34,649 nucleotides of DNA from Streptomyces sp. Its GTDB lineage: Bacteria; Actinomycetota; Actinomycetes; Streptomycetales; Streptomycetaceae. Below, piece after piece: positions 16,779 to 27,200 of this stretch. Under the pieces are notes generated by a model. The model did no database searches and had not been told where the DNA came from. It worked only from the letters and a program-made list of their open reading frames with translations. Where the stretch lies: NCBI GenBank assembly GCA_035556995.1, contig DATMEI010000242.1, forward strand, positions 1-34,649, in the 5' to 3' direction. Made by a program: the position numbers and the translations under genes. Within the stretch, counting starts at the first letter, position 1. The number at the start of each line of letters is the position of its first letter.

Positions 16779-16909
16779 TCGGGACCGGCGCCGAGGCGAC
16801 GAAGCCGCAGCAGAAGATCGATGCCGTCCTCTGGTACGGCGACGGAACATTCGAGAACAACCCCTCCGTCCCACGGGGGCGGCTCTGCCGTCATCCCGGC
16901 GGCCCTCCC

Positions 16910-19879
16910 TCAGAGCGCGCCCTTACGCGTCAGCTGTGTGAACGACAACCAGCCCGGCCCCACAGGCAGCCACAGCGTCAGCAGCCGGAAGAGCAGTACG
17001 GCCGGTGTCGCGATCTCCTTCGGCACCCCGAAAGTGATCAGACCCGCGATCAGCGCCGCCTCCACCGCACCGAGACCGCCCGGCGTCGGCGCGGCCGAGC
17101 CCAGGGCGTTGCCCGCGAGGAAGACCACCGCGATGCTCGCGTAGCTCGCGTCGTACCCGAACGCCCGTACACAGGCGTCGAGACACATGACGAAGAGCAG
17201 CGTCATCAGGAGCATCCCGCCGATGCCCGTCACCAGCTTCCGCGGCCGCTGCACCACGTCCAGCATCCGCGGGACGACTCCCGCGAAGAGGGAACGCAGC
17301 CGCGTGGAGACGAACCTGCGCAGCGCCGGGATCGCGGTCACGATCAGCACCAGCACCGCGGCCGTCAGCAGTCCCGCGATGACCGTCCTCGACGGTGACA
17401 GCGTCGGCGTGTGTTCTGTGCCGGTGAGGTAGCCGAAGAAGAGCAGCAGCGTGATGTGGCTGCCCAGTCCGAACAGTTGGGAGGCTCCGACACTCGCCAC
17501 CGCGTGCCCGGGCCGTACCCCGGCGCGCTGCAGGAAACGGGCGTTGAGCGCGACGCCGCCCACGGCCGCCGGGGCGACCAGTTTCACGAAGGAGCCCGCG
17601 ACTTGGGCGACGACGGTACGCAGGAACGGCACCTTCTCCGGCACGAAGCCCAGCAGGGCCATCGCCGCCGCGAAGTAGGTGCACGCCGAGAACAGCGCGG
17701 CCCCGCCGACCCAGGCCCAGTTCGCCTCTCCGACGACCTGGCCGAACTGGACCTGCGTGAGCTGCGAAAGCAGGAAATACGCGGCCAGAGCGCCCGCGAT
17801 GAAGGTGACCAGGGTGCGGGGCCTGACCCGCTCCAGCCGGGCCGGCTCTATGGGCGCCTGCGGTCTGACCAGCAGCACCTGCTGGCGGATCTGCGCGAGC
17901 AGGTCCTCCTCCCGCGCCTCCTCCAGCGCCTCGTCCACGGCTCTCTTATGCGCGTGCTTCTCCGCGCGCAGCGACTTGCGGTCCTGCTTGTGTTCCGCCT
18001 CGGCAGCCGCAGAGTCATGGACGTGCTCCTTGGCCTCCTTGCCGGCGCGGGAGGCGTGAATGGCGGCTTCGCGCTCGCGTTCCGACCGCTCCTTGGCGAG
18101 CCTTCGCAGGGTGTGGCGTGTGCTTCGGCTGAGTGCGATGGGCTGCAGCAGCGGCAGACTGTCGGCGACGGCGTCAGGACCCATCACGTCCACCGCTGCG
18201 GCGACCGCCCTCTCTGCACCGACGCGCAGTCCGAACGTGGTCATCAACTGGGCGATGTCCATACGCAGTACGACGTCGCCTGCGGCGATCTCACCGCCCC
18301 GCAGATCTGTCAGATAGACGGTGCCTGAACTGTCCACGAGCAACGCGTCGCCCACCAGCCTGCGATGGGTGATGCGCCGCGACTGCAGTGCTTCGGCCTG
18401 GTGCCAGGCGGCCCGCATCAGCGTGTCCGTGATCTCGTCGTCCGGGAGCGAGTCGAGAGTGCGGGCGTCGATGTGCTCGTAGACGAGCATGACCGCGTCC
18501 GGGCCGAGTTCCGAGGTGGCGATCAGCCGCGGTGCGTTGGCTCCGGCAGCGATGGCGGCGTACGCGAGCAGTGCCTCCTGCTCGAGGGCCTGGCGCAGGG
18601 ACTGGAGGCTGCGGTTCTGGATGATGCCGCGCAGTGTCAGGCGCCGCCACACCCGGTAGAAGAAGCCGTGCGCCTGCTGTTCGCGGTCGACGACGGTCAC
18701 GTCGATGGGCGGGCCGTGCTCGAGTGTGACGCGGTAGCGGCGGCCGTGGTCGCCCGTCTCGGCCCCCTCGAGACTCTCCGGGTCCTCCACGCGCAGGGCG
18801 CTCACCGGGTTGAAGCCGACGCGGCGCAGACCGGCGAGCAGCGTCTGGCCGGTGGGCCGGACGTTGGGTGTGCCGACGGCGTACAGAGTGCCGTAGGCGA
18901 CCGACCAGCCGATCAGCACCGTGACGATGATGGAGAACGGGGTCGAGTAGCCGGGGAAGAGGACGGCGAAGGCGTTGAGCAGCAGCACCGCCCACAGCAG
19001 CACCCGCCAGCGAGGCCGCCGGGCCATTCCCACGGCGGTCATGTAGGCGATGACCGGGGCCAGATAACTGTGCACCGGGGTGGTGAGGTCGGTGTTGGTG
19101 ATCTGCTTGGTGAGTGCGTCCCGTACGGAATCGGGCGCGGCCTGTGCGACCCACAGGTCGATGGCGAGCGAGGCGCCGTGCGCGAGGACGGCGGCGAGTA
19201 CGCCGTCGGCGATCCGCAGGCCGTCCCGTTTGATCAGACGCTCGATGGCGAAGGCGACGGGTACGAGCAGGATGGCGATGCTGGAGGTCAGCCCGGTCAG
19301 GCTGATCAGCAGCGGCGGTGCCTGCTGAGTGCCCTTGTCGATGTCCTGTTCGAGGCCCGCTGTGGTGCCGTGGGCGAAGTTGGCGATGATCAGTACGACG
19401 GTGATGGCCAGCAGGCCGAGGCCCAGCCGCAGCAGATCGGACGGGCGGTGTACGCGGGCAGGCAGCAGCGGCTCGTCGCTCTCGACCCGCTCCGACACCA
19501 CCTGCTCGTCGGCCCCGTCACTGGAGCCACCGGAGCCACCGGAGTCACCGGAGTCACCGGAGCCACCGGAGCCACCGGAAGCACCGGAGTCACCGGAAGC
19601 ACCGGAGCCACCGGAACCGTCGGGCTTGTCCGCCGCTGCGGGCTCCGTCGGCTCGGAGGACTCGGCGCGGCCCTCGTCCCCTGACGAGGTCTTCCGCCTC
19701 TTGCGGCGGCGGGAGGGCGACGACGCCGACCCGGATGACGATCCGGACGAAGTCCGGGTGCGGGAATCGGTCCCGTCCGCGCCCTCCCGGGCAGCATCGC
19801 CGGCGGTGCCGCCCTCCTCCTGAGGGGAGCGCTCACCTTGCCGCCGACCGGCTGCCGTTCCGTCTTGATCCCGTATCAC
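16910..19879 (-). CDS. Membrane protein with N-terminal TM bundle, kinase-like domain and C-terminal UPF0104/lysylphosphatidylglycerol-synthase TM (flippase-like) domain
   Basis: C-terminal [14 protein letters not shown]...[13 protein letters not shown] signature and a central APH/RIO-like segment (APRL...VYEHI...HRRL...LTDL). Exact start uncertain. Confidence 0.85.
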   Translation of the reverse strand: MIRDQDGTAAGRRQGERSPQEEGGTAGDAAREGADGTDSRTRTSSGSSSGSASSPSRRRKRRKTSSGDEGRAESSEPTEPAAADKPDGSGGSGASGDSGASGGSGGSGDSGDSGGSGGSSDGADEQVVSERVESDEPLLPARVHRPSDLLRLGLGLLAITVVLIIANFAHGTTAGLEQDIDKGTQQAPPLLISLTGLTSSIAILLVPVAFAIERLIKRDGLRIADGVLAAVLAHGASLAIDLWVAQAAPDSVRDALTKQITNTDLTTPVHSYLAPVIAYMTAVGMARRPRWRVLLWAVLLLNAFAVLFPGYSTPFSIIVTVLIGWSVAYGTLYAVGTPNVRPTGQTLLAGLRRVGFNPVSALRVEDPESLEGAETGDHGRRYRVTLEHGPPIDVTVVDREQQAHGFFYRVWRRLTLRGIIQNRSLQSLRQALEQEALLAYAAIAAGANAPRLIATSELGPDAVMLVYEHIDARTLDSLPDDEITDTLMRAAWHQAEALQSRRITHRRLVGDALLVDSSGTVYLTDLRGGEIAAGDVVLRMDIAQLMTTFGLRVGAERAVAAAVDVMGPDAVADSLPLLQPIALSRSTRHTLRRLAKERSEREREAAIHASRAGKEAKEHVHDSAAAEAEHKQDRKSLRAEKHAHKRAVDEALEEAREEDLLAQIRQQVLLVRPQAPIEPARLERVRPRTLVTFIAGALAAYFLLSQLTQVQFGQVVGEANWAWVGGAALFSACTYFAAAMALLGFVPEKVPFLRTVVAQVAGSFVKLVAPAAVGGVALNARFLQRAGVRPGHAVASVGASQLFGLGSHITLLLFFGYLTGTEHTPTLSPSRTVIAGLLTAAVLVLIVTAIPALRRFVSTRLRSLFAGVVPRMLDVVQRPRKLVTGIGGMLLMTLLFVMCLDACVRAFGYDASYASIAVVFLAGNALGSAAPTPGGLGAVEAALIAGLITFGVPKEIATPAVLLFRLLTLWLPVGPGWLSFTQLTRKGAL
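19523..19612 (-). repeat. 10 x 9-bp in-frame tandem repeat encoding G(G/A/D)S
   Basis: Units GGAGCCACC / GGAGTCACC / GGAAGCACC on the + strand. Confidence 0.92.
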
Positions 19880-19989
19880 TCGTCACCGCCCGCATGATGG
19901 TGGCACGGCGGAACGTCGGACGGGCTGCCCAGGGGTGCCTTCGGGGGACGCGTGCCGGACGGCGGCCGGGACTGACAGCGGCCGGGCCG

Positions 19990-20012
19990 TTGTCGGTGGC
20001 GTACGGCACCAT
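19990..20012 (+). promoter_or_regulatory. RecA-NDp/PafBC-type promoter for the ATL gene (leaderless)
   Basis: tTGTCGG(19991-19996)-N10-CACCAT(20007-20012), 7 nt before ATG 20020. One mismatch to TGTCGG-N10-TA-N3-T. Confidence 0.6.
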
Positions 20013-20019
20013 GGCCCAC

Positions 20020-20418
20020 ATGCATGGGAGTGAACCACCCGGCCCCTCGTCCCCGCAGCACGACCTGCGGGATCCTTCGGAACTGCCCGAGCCGCCCGAG
20101 CTTCCCGACTATGCGGAACGGGTCCTTGACGCCGCCGAGCGCATCCCGCCCGGCCGTGTGCTGACCTACGGCGATGTCGCCGAGTGGCTGGAGGAAGGCG
20201 GGCCGCGTCAAGTGGGCCGCGTCATGGCGCTGTACGGAGCGGCCGTGCCGTGGTGGCGTGTCGTACGGGCGGACGGCGTCCTGCTGGCCGGTCACGAGCT
20301 GCGTGCCGTGGAGCAGTACCGCGCGGAGGGCACACCCCTGCGTGAGGCCGGGCGCGCGACTGAGGGGCACATACCGCGAATCGACATGCGCAGGGCCAGG
20401 TGGGACGGCGGGGACTGA
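20020..20418 (+). CDS. Alkyltransferase-like (ATL, MGMT family) DNA damage-binding protein
   Basis: IPPGRVLTYGDVAE, GPRQVGRVM, VPWWRVV (Trp in place of the MGMT active Cys of PCHRV). Start is ATG 20020 or 20011. Confidence 0.88.
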   Translation: MHGSEPPGPSSPQHDLRDPSELPEPPELPDYAERVLDAAERIPPGRVLTYGDVAEWLEEGGPRQVGRVMALYGAAVPWWRVVRADGVLLAGHELRAVEQYRAEGTPLREAGRATEGHIPRIDMRRARWDGGD

Positions 20419-20579
20419 CCACGTACTGCGGCAGCTCACAGTTATCACCTTCCGCCATGTCCGCCCGCCGCTCGTACCGAGCCACCCGTACGGAGTACAC
20501 GAGTATCGCGCTGCGGCTCGTGTGCCCGCTGGCGTAGCGTCTGCACCACTCAGCACAGACCCTCCCCAAGGCGATCCAC

Positions 20580-23500
20580 GTGAGCTCCTCCAACTCGTCC
20601 GACGCGCAGCGGCCACCCCCGGGTGACCCTGGTCCTGGGTCTGGCCCCCGTCCCGGTCCGGGCACGTACCGGCTGGTGCGTACGCCGCCCGGGCCCACGC
20701 ACCCTCCTGCCTTGGACGCACAGCAACGTCAAGTGGTTGACCATTCCGGCGGCCCGCTGCTGGTGCTGGCAGGTCCGGGCACGGGCAAGACCACGACACT
20801 GGCTGAAGCCGTTGCGGAGAGGGTACGGGCGGGTGGCGATCCTGAGCGCATCCTCGTGCTCACCTTCAGCCGCAAGGCCGCGGTGGAACTGCGTGACCGG
20901 ATGGCAGCGCGCCTGGCCGGCGGCACGGAGCGGGCAGCCGCGCCTCAGGCGACGACCTTCCACTCGTACTGCTACGCGCTCGTACGGGCCCACCAGGACG
21001 CCGACCTGTTCGCCGAGCCGCTGCGACTGCTGTCCGGACCCGAGCAGGATCTCTACATCCGTGAACTGCTGGAGGGCCAGCTCGCCCTGGAGTCCGAGGG
21101 CCGCGGCCGCATCCGCTGGCCGGACGAAGTGCGTGCCTGCCTCACCACCCGGGGCTTCGCCGACGAGGTACGGGCAGTGCTCGCCCGGAGCAGGGAGCTG
21201 GGCCTGGGCCCGGACGCCCTCGGCGCGTTCGCGCGGCGCACCGGCCGGCCCGACTGGGGAGCGGGAGCAGGCTTCCTCGCGGAGTATCTGGACGTGCTCG
21301 ACGCGCAAGGCGTGCTCGACTATGCGGAACTGGTGCACCGGGCCGTGCTGTTGGCCGAGCGCGAAGAGGTCGCAGCAGGTCTGCGGGAGCGGTACGACGC
21401 CGTCTACGTGGACGAATACCAGGACACCGACCCGTCTCAGGTGCGGCTGCTCCAGGCGCTGGCGGGCGGTGGTCGCTTCCTCGTCGCCTTCGGTGACCCG
21501 GACCAGTCCATCTACACCTTCCGCGGCGCGGATGTGAACGGCATCCTCGACTTCCCCCAACTGTTCCGGCAGCGCTCGGGCGCGTCCGCCCCCGTCCAGG
21601 TGCTGCGCGCCGGCCGCCGCTCAGGGGGCCGGCTGATGGAGGCCACCCGCGAGATCACCCGCCGCATCCCGCTCACACGCCTCCCGGCAGAGGCCGTACG
21701 CGCGCACCGCGGCCTGGTCGCGCAGCGGCCCGGCGGGCAGGTGGAGACCTTCACCTTTCCGACGGCCGGCGCCGAACTCGACAACATCGCCGACCTGTTG
21801 CGCCGCGCCCACCTCGAAGACGGCATCCCCTGGGGCGAGATGGCCGTTCTGGTCCGTGCGGGCGGGCGTACGATACCGGCCGTCCGCCGGGCACTGACCT
21901 CCGCCGGAGTCCCGCTCGACGTGGACGGCAACGATGTGCCGCTGCGTCATGAGCCCGCTGTGGCGCCGTTGCTCACGGCGCTGCGGGCGGTGGCACGCGC
22001 GGCAGTCGCGGCCTCGGCCCCCGAGGACCCCCCGGCCCCGGCGCACCCCCCGGCCCCGGCCCCTGAACAGACCCCGGCTGCTCCTGCACAGCCCGACGGC
22101 GGCACAGAAGCGACGGCGGAGGCTGCTCCCTCCCGCGCGGCAGCCGCCTGGCTGGACACCGAGACCGCGCTGACCCTGCTCACCTCCCCGCTCGGCGGCA
22201 TGGACGCCGCGGACCTCCGCCGGCTCGGACGGGCCCTGCGTGAGGAGGAGCGGGCGGCCGGTGAGAGCGTCCCGCGCCCCTCCGACGTACTGCTCGCCGA
22301 AGCGCTCGCCGAGCCCGAACGCCTCGTGGCGCACGACCCCGCGTACGCCCGGGGCGCCCAGCGTCTCGGACTGCTGCTGCGCAAGGCGCGGGAACTCCTC
22401 GCGGGCGGCGGCACCGCCGAAGAGGCCCTGTGGCAGCTGTGGGACGGCACGCCCTGGCCTCAGCGCCTGGAACGCGCCGCGCTGCGCAACGGCCCCGCGG
22501 GACGCAACGCCGACCGTGATCTGGACGCCGTGTGCGCGCTGTTCGCCGCCGCGGCCCGTGCGGAGGAACGCAGCGGCGGCCGGGGCGCGCTCAACTTCCT
22601 GGAGGAGGTCGACGCCCAGGACATCGCCGCGGACACCCTCACCGGGCGTGCCGTACGTCCCGATGCCGTACGGCTGATGACCGCGCACCGCTCGAAAGGT
22701 CTCCAGTGGCGCCTCGTCGTCGTCGCCGGTGTGCAGGAAGGGCTCTGGCCCGACCTGCGGCGCCGCGGCTCGCTGCTGGAGGCCGACCGCATCGGCCGCG
22801 ACGGGCTCGCCGAGCCGCTGTCGCCCGGTGCGCTGCTGACAGAGGAACGCAGGCTGTTCTACGTGGCGGCGACGCGCGCCGAGGAGCGACTGGTCGTCAC
22901 CGCTGTGCGGGCGCCGGCCGACGACGGCGATCAGCCTTCGCGGTTCCTCGGTGAGCTGGGCGTCGAGCCGAAGACGGTGACGGCCCGTCCCCGGCGTCCG
23001 CTGTCGGTCTCCGCCCTCGTCGCAGAGCTGCGCGCCACGACTGTCGATCCGGCAGCTTCGTCCGCGCTGCGCGAGGCCGCCGCCCGGCGGCTGGCCCGGC
23101 TGGCCGCGATGCGTGACGAGGAGGGCTACGCGCTCGTACAGGCGGCGCACCCGCACCGCTGGTGGGGTCTGCACGAGCCGACACGGTCCGAAGTGCCGCT
23201 GCGGGACCGGGAGAAGCCGGTCACGCTGTCGGGAAGTGCGCTGGACCAGCTGGCCAACACCTGTGCGCTGCAGTGGTTTCTGGCGCGCGAGGTGAAGGCG
23301 GACGCTCCGGCCACCGCCGCACAGGGATTCGGGAACGTACTGCACGTGCTGGCCGACGAAGTCGCCTCCGGCGGTACGCCCGCCGATCTGAGCGTACTGA
23401 TGGAACGGCTGGACACGGTGTGGGACGGACTCGCCTTCGAGGCGCCCTGGAAGTCCCGGCAGGAGAAGGAGAGCGCACGGGCAGCGCTGGAGCGGTTCCT

Positions 23501-24089
23501 GCGCTGGCACGTCATGCAGCGCGGCGGGGGACCCGAGGAAGCCGGGGGATCCGAAGGGCCCGAGGGACGTCAAGTGGCAGGCACCGAACTCGGGTTCGAC
23601 GTCACGCTGGAGGCGGGCGAGTACGAGGTGCGCATCCGCGGCAGCGTGGACCGGGTCGAGAACGACGGCCTCGGCCGGGCGTACGTCGTCGACTTCAAGA
23701 CCGGCCGTGCGAAACCGAGCGGCACAGAGGTCGCGCGCCATCCGCAGCTGGCGGTCTACCAGTTGGCCGTGCGAGAGGGAGCAGCCGACCACCTCTTCGA
23801 CGGGCGGCGTCCCGAGCCGGGCGGGGCGGAACTGGTGCATCTGCGGCTGGGCGCACCCCGGCGTGACGGCGGCGAGTCACTGCCGGTGGTGCAGCGTCAG
23901 GACGCACTGTCCGAACCGGAAACTGCCGGGGAGGACCCGGGCGGGGAGTGGGTCGGTGATCTGCTCGCCACAGCCGCGAGCCGCGTCCTGGACGAACGCT
24001 TCACGCCCTCACCCGGCCGGCACTGCACTCACTGCTCGTTCCGCCGCGCCTGTTCCGCGCGCTCCGAAGGGCAGCAGATCATCGAGTGA
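20580..24089 (+). CDS. adnA: AdnA subunit of the AdnAB helicase-nuclease
   Basis: UvrD-like motifs AGPGTGKT, DEYQD, GDPDQSIY, TAHRSKGLQW, EERRLFYVAATRA. C-terminal PD-(D/E)XK nuclease (GSVDRVE, VDFKTG, QLAVY) with Cys plus CTHC...C Fe-S-type ligands. Confidence 0.9.
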   Translation: MSSSNSSDAQRPPPGDPGPGSGPRPGPGTYRLVRTPPGPTHPPALDAQQRQVVDHSGGPLLVLAGPGTGKTTTLAEAVAERVRAGGDPERILVLTFSRKAAVELRDRMAARLAGGTERAAAPQATTFHSYCYALVRAHQDADLFAEPLRLLSGPEQDLYIRELLEGQLALESEGRGRIRWPDEVRACLTTRGFADEVRAVLARSRELGLGPDALGAFARRTGRPDWGAGAGFLAEYLDVLDAQGVLDYAELVHRAVLLAEREEVAAGLRERYDAVYVDEYQDTDPSQVRLLQALAGGGRFLVAFGDPDQSIYTFRGADVNGILDFPQLFRQRSGASAPVQVLRAGRRSGGRLMEATREITRRIPLTRLPAEAVRAHRGLVAQRPGGQVETFTFPTAGAELDNIADLLRRAHLEDGIPWGEMAVLVRAGGRTIPAVRRALTSAGVPLDVDGNDVPLRHEPAVAPLLTALRAVARAAVAASAPEDPPAPAHPPAPAPEQTPAAPAQPDGGTEATAEAAPSRAAAAWLDTETALTLLTSPLGGMDAADLRRLGRALREEERAAGESVPRPSDVLLAEALAEPERLVAHDPAYARGAQRLGLLLRKARELLAGGGTAEEALWQLWDGTPWPQRLERAALRNGPAGRNADRDLDAVCALFAAAARAEERSGGRGALNFLEEVDAQDIAADTLTGRAVRPDAVRLMTAHRSKGLQWRLVVVAGVQEGLWPDLRRRGSLLEADRIGRDGLAEPLSPGALLTEERRLFYVAATRAEERLVVTAVRAPADDGDQPSRFLGELGVEPKTVTARPRRPLSVSALVAELRATTVDPAASSALREAAARRLARLAAMRDEEGYALVQAAHPHRWWGLHEPTRSEVPLRDREKPVTLSGSALDQLANTCALQWFLAREVKADAPATAAQGFGNVLHVLADEVASGGTPADLSVLMERLDTVWDGLAFEAPWKSRQEKESARAALERFLRWHVMQRGGGPEEAGGSEGPEGRQVAGTELGFDVTLEAGEYEVRIRGSVDRVENDGLGRAYVVDFKTGRAKPSGTEVARHPQLAVYQLAVREGAADHLFDGRRPEPGGAELVHLRLGAPRRDGGESLPVVQRQDALSEPETAGEDPGGEWVGDLLATAASRVLDERFTPSPGRHCTHCSFRRACSARSEGQQIIE

Positions 24090-24222
24090 CCGGCCGAGTG
24101 ACGGACGGCACTGCCCGAACCCGGTCACCGACCGACTACCCAGCCGGTGCGGACAGTTGACGCCACGTTCGGTCTGAGGACCGCTCGCTCACCATCTGCC
24201 GGCCCGCGATCGCTGCGACAGC

Positions 24223-24244
24223 TGTCGGTGCGGGCCGCTAGCGT
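24223..24244 (+). promoter_or_regulatory. RecA-NDp/PafBC-type promoter for adnB (leaderless)
   Basis: Exact TGTCGG-N10-TAGCGT, 7 nt before GTG 24252. Confidence 0.72.
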
Positions 24245-24251
24245 CTCTCCT

Positions 24252-27200
24252 GTGCCCGCACAACTCACCGATACCGAACAGCTCGAAGAGCTTCTCGGTA
24301 TCCCCTTCACCCCGGAGCAGATCGCCTGTATCACGGCGCCTCTCGCTCCCCAGGTGATCGTGGCGGGTGCGGGTTCGGGCAAGACGACCGTCATGGCAGC
24401 CCGCGTGGTCTGGCTGGTCGGCACCGGGCAGGTCCTTCCCGAGCAGGTGCTCGGACTGACCTTCACCAACAAGGCGGCGGGCGAACTGACGGAGCGTGTC
24501 CGCAGAGCGCTGGTACGGGCAGGGGTCACCGACCCGGACCCCGAGGATCCCGAACACGCCCCGGGCGAACCGCAGATCTCCACCTACCACGCCTTCGCGG
24601 GACGCATCCTCAGCGACCACGGGCTGCGCCTGGGCATCGAGCCGGGAGCCAGGCTGCTCGCGGACGCCACCCGCTTCCAGCTGGCGGCGAGCGTGCTGCG
24701 GTCGGACCCCGGCCCCTTCGAAGCCCTCACCAAGACCGTCACCGCGCTCGTCGAGGACCTCCTCGCACTGGACGGAGAACTCTCGGAGCATCTGGTCGTC
24801 CCGGACAGGCTCCGCACGTACGACACCGGGCTGCGCGCGGAGCTGCAGAACGCGCCCCTCAGCAATGCCGCCCTGCGCAAGGTCCCCGAAGCTGCGCTCG
24901 GCCGTGACGAACTGCTCGGTCTCGTCGAGAAGTACCGCGCGCGCAAGCGTGAACGTGATCTGCTGGACTTCGGCGACCAGATCGCGCTGGCGGCCAGGCT
25001 CGCGCGCGACGTTCCGGACGTCGGCAGGATCCTGCGCGAGCAGTTCTCCGTCGTGCTCCTCGACGAGTACCAGGACACTTCCGTGGCTCAACGCGTCCTG
25101 CTCGCAGGGCTGTTCGGCGCCGGAGGCGGCACCGGCGGGCGTCCACGCGGGGACGGCGCAGGGCACGCGGTCACCGCTGTGGGCGACCCCTGCCAGGCCA
25201 TCTACGGCTGGCGCGGCGCCTCAGTGGCCAACCTGGACGACTTCCCCCGCCACTTCCCGTACGCGGACGGCAAGCCGGCCCGCCGTTTCTCGCTCAGTGA
25301 GAACCGCCGCAGCGGCGGCCGGCTCCTCAGCCTCGCCAACTCCCTCGCCGCTCCGCTGCGCGAGCGTCACGAGGGCGTCGAGGCACTCCGGGCGGCTCCG
25401 GGCGCGGAGGGCGACGGAACGGTGCGGTGCGCCCTGCTGTCCACGCACACCGAGGAGCTGGACTGGCTGGCCGACTCCCTCGCTCACCTCGTCCGTACGG
25501 GCACACCGCCCGGCGAGATCGCCGTACTGTGCCGCGGCGCGGGCGACTTCGCCGAGATCCAGGGCGCGCTGGTGGCCCGCGAGATCCCGGTCGAAGTGGT
25601 CGGCCTCTCCGGTCTGCTGCACCTTCCGGAGGTCGCCGACCTCGTCGCCACCTGCGAGGTTCTTCAGGACCCCACGGCCAACGCCTCCCTCGTACGCCTG
25701 CTGACCGGGCCGCGCTGGCGGATCGGCCCCCGAGACCTCGCACTGCTGGGACGGCGCGCGCGGCTGCTCGTACAGCACGCACGCGACCACGGCGACGACG
25801 CGGACGGCAGGCTGGCCGCTGCGGTGGAAGGCACCGATCCGGCGGAGGTCATCTCACTCGCCGACGCCCTGGAGACGTTCCTGGAGTCGGACGGGCACGA
25901 AGACGGGCTGCCCTTCTCCGCGGCGGCGCGCGTGCGCTTCGCCAGGCTGGCAGCCGAGATACGCGACCTGCGGCGCTCACTGGCCGACCCGCTGATGGAC
26001 GTACTGCACAGGGTGCTGACAGCGACCGGGCTGGAGGTCGAACTGTCCGCATCCCCGCACGCATTGGCTGCGCGCCGCCGCGAGACGCTGAGCAACTTCC
26101 TCGACATCGCCGCGAGCTTCGCCGCCGTCGACGGCGAGGCGACACTGCTGGCGTTCCTCGGCTTCCTGCGCACTGCCGTGCAGTACGAGAAGGGGCTCGA
26201 CAGCTCACTGCCCGGCGGGGAGAACACGGTGAAGGTGCTCACGGCGCACAAGGCGAAGGGGCTGGAGTGGGACGTGGTCGCTGTGCCGGGGCTCGTCGCG
26301 AAGCAGTTTCCCAGTGAGCAGCCGCGGGAGTCCTGGCTGAGCAGGCACCGGGTCCTGCCACATGCGCTGCGGGGGGACGCGGCCACACTGCCCGAGGTGG
26401 AGGAGTGGAGCGCGAAGGGCGTCAGGAATTACGACACGGCGATGCGTGACCATCAGGCCACTGAAGAGCTCCGGCTCGGCTACGTCACCTTCACCCGGCC
26501 CCGCTCACTGCTGCTCGGCTCCGGACATTGGTGGGGCCCGAGCCAGAAGAGGAGCCGCGGGCCGTCCGCCTTTCTGAAGGCCCTTCGCGAGCACTGCGAG
26601 GCAGACCCGGCCCACGGCGAGGTCGAGCACTGGGCGGACGTTCCGGCAGAGGACGCGGAGAACCCGTTGCTCGCAGCCGCGGCCGAGGAGCGTGCCTGGC
26701 CGATGCCGCTGAACGCGGATGCCCTGGCGCACCGGCGCGCGGCGGCGGACGCGGTGCTGGCGCACCTGGGCCACCTGGCGGGGAGTGCGGGGGATGCGGG
26801 GAGCGCGGTGGAGGCCGGAGCGGTGGACTCCGGGGCCACGGGGGCTGCTGGGGATGCGCCGGATCGCGTACGTCCCGAGCGCGTACGTCCCGAGCAGGAC
26901 GCCGGCGCCCAGCTCACCCCTGAAGAGACGCGCCTGACCGCCTCCTGGGACCGTGACCTGGACGCACTCGCAGGGGAGCTGCGGCGTTCCCGTGTCACCG
27001 AGCGGGACGTTCCGCTGCCCGCGTCCCTCACCGCGTCCCAGTTGATGCGGATGGCCTCGGATCCGGAGGGCTTCGCCCGGGAGCTTGCCCGGCCCATGCC
27101 CCGCCCGCCCGAGCCGGCTGCGGCCCGCCGCGGTGCGCGCTTCCACGCGTGGGTGGAGTCCCGGTTCGAGGAATTGACGCTTCCGATGCTCGGTCCCGAC

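Noticed and set aside
19523-19612. Tandem repeat considered as a CRISPR array
   Set aside because: Contiguous 9-bp in-frame units with no spacers and no cas genes.
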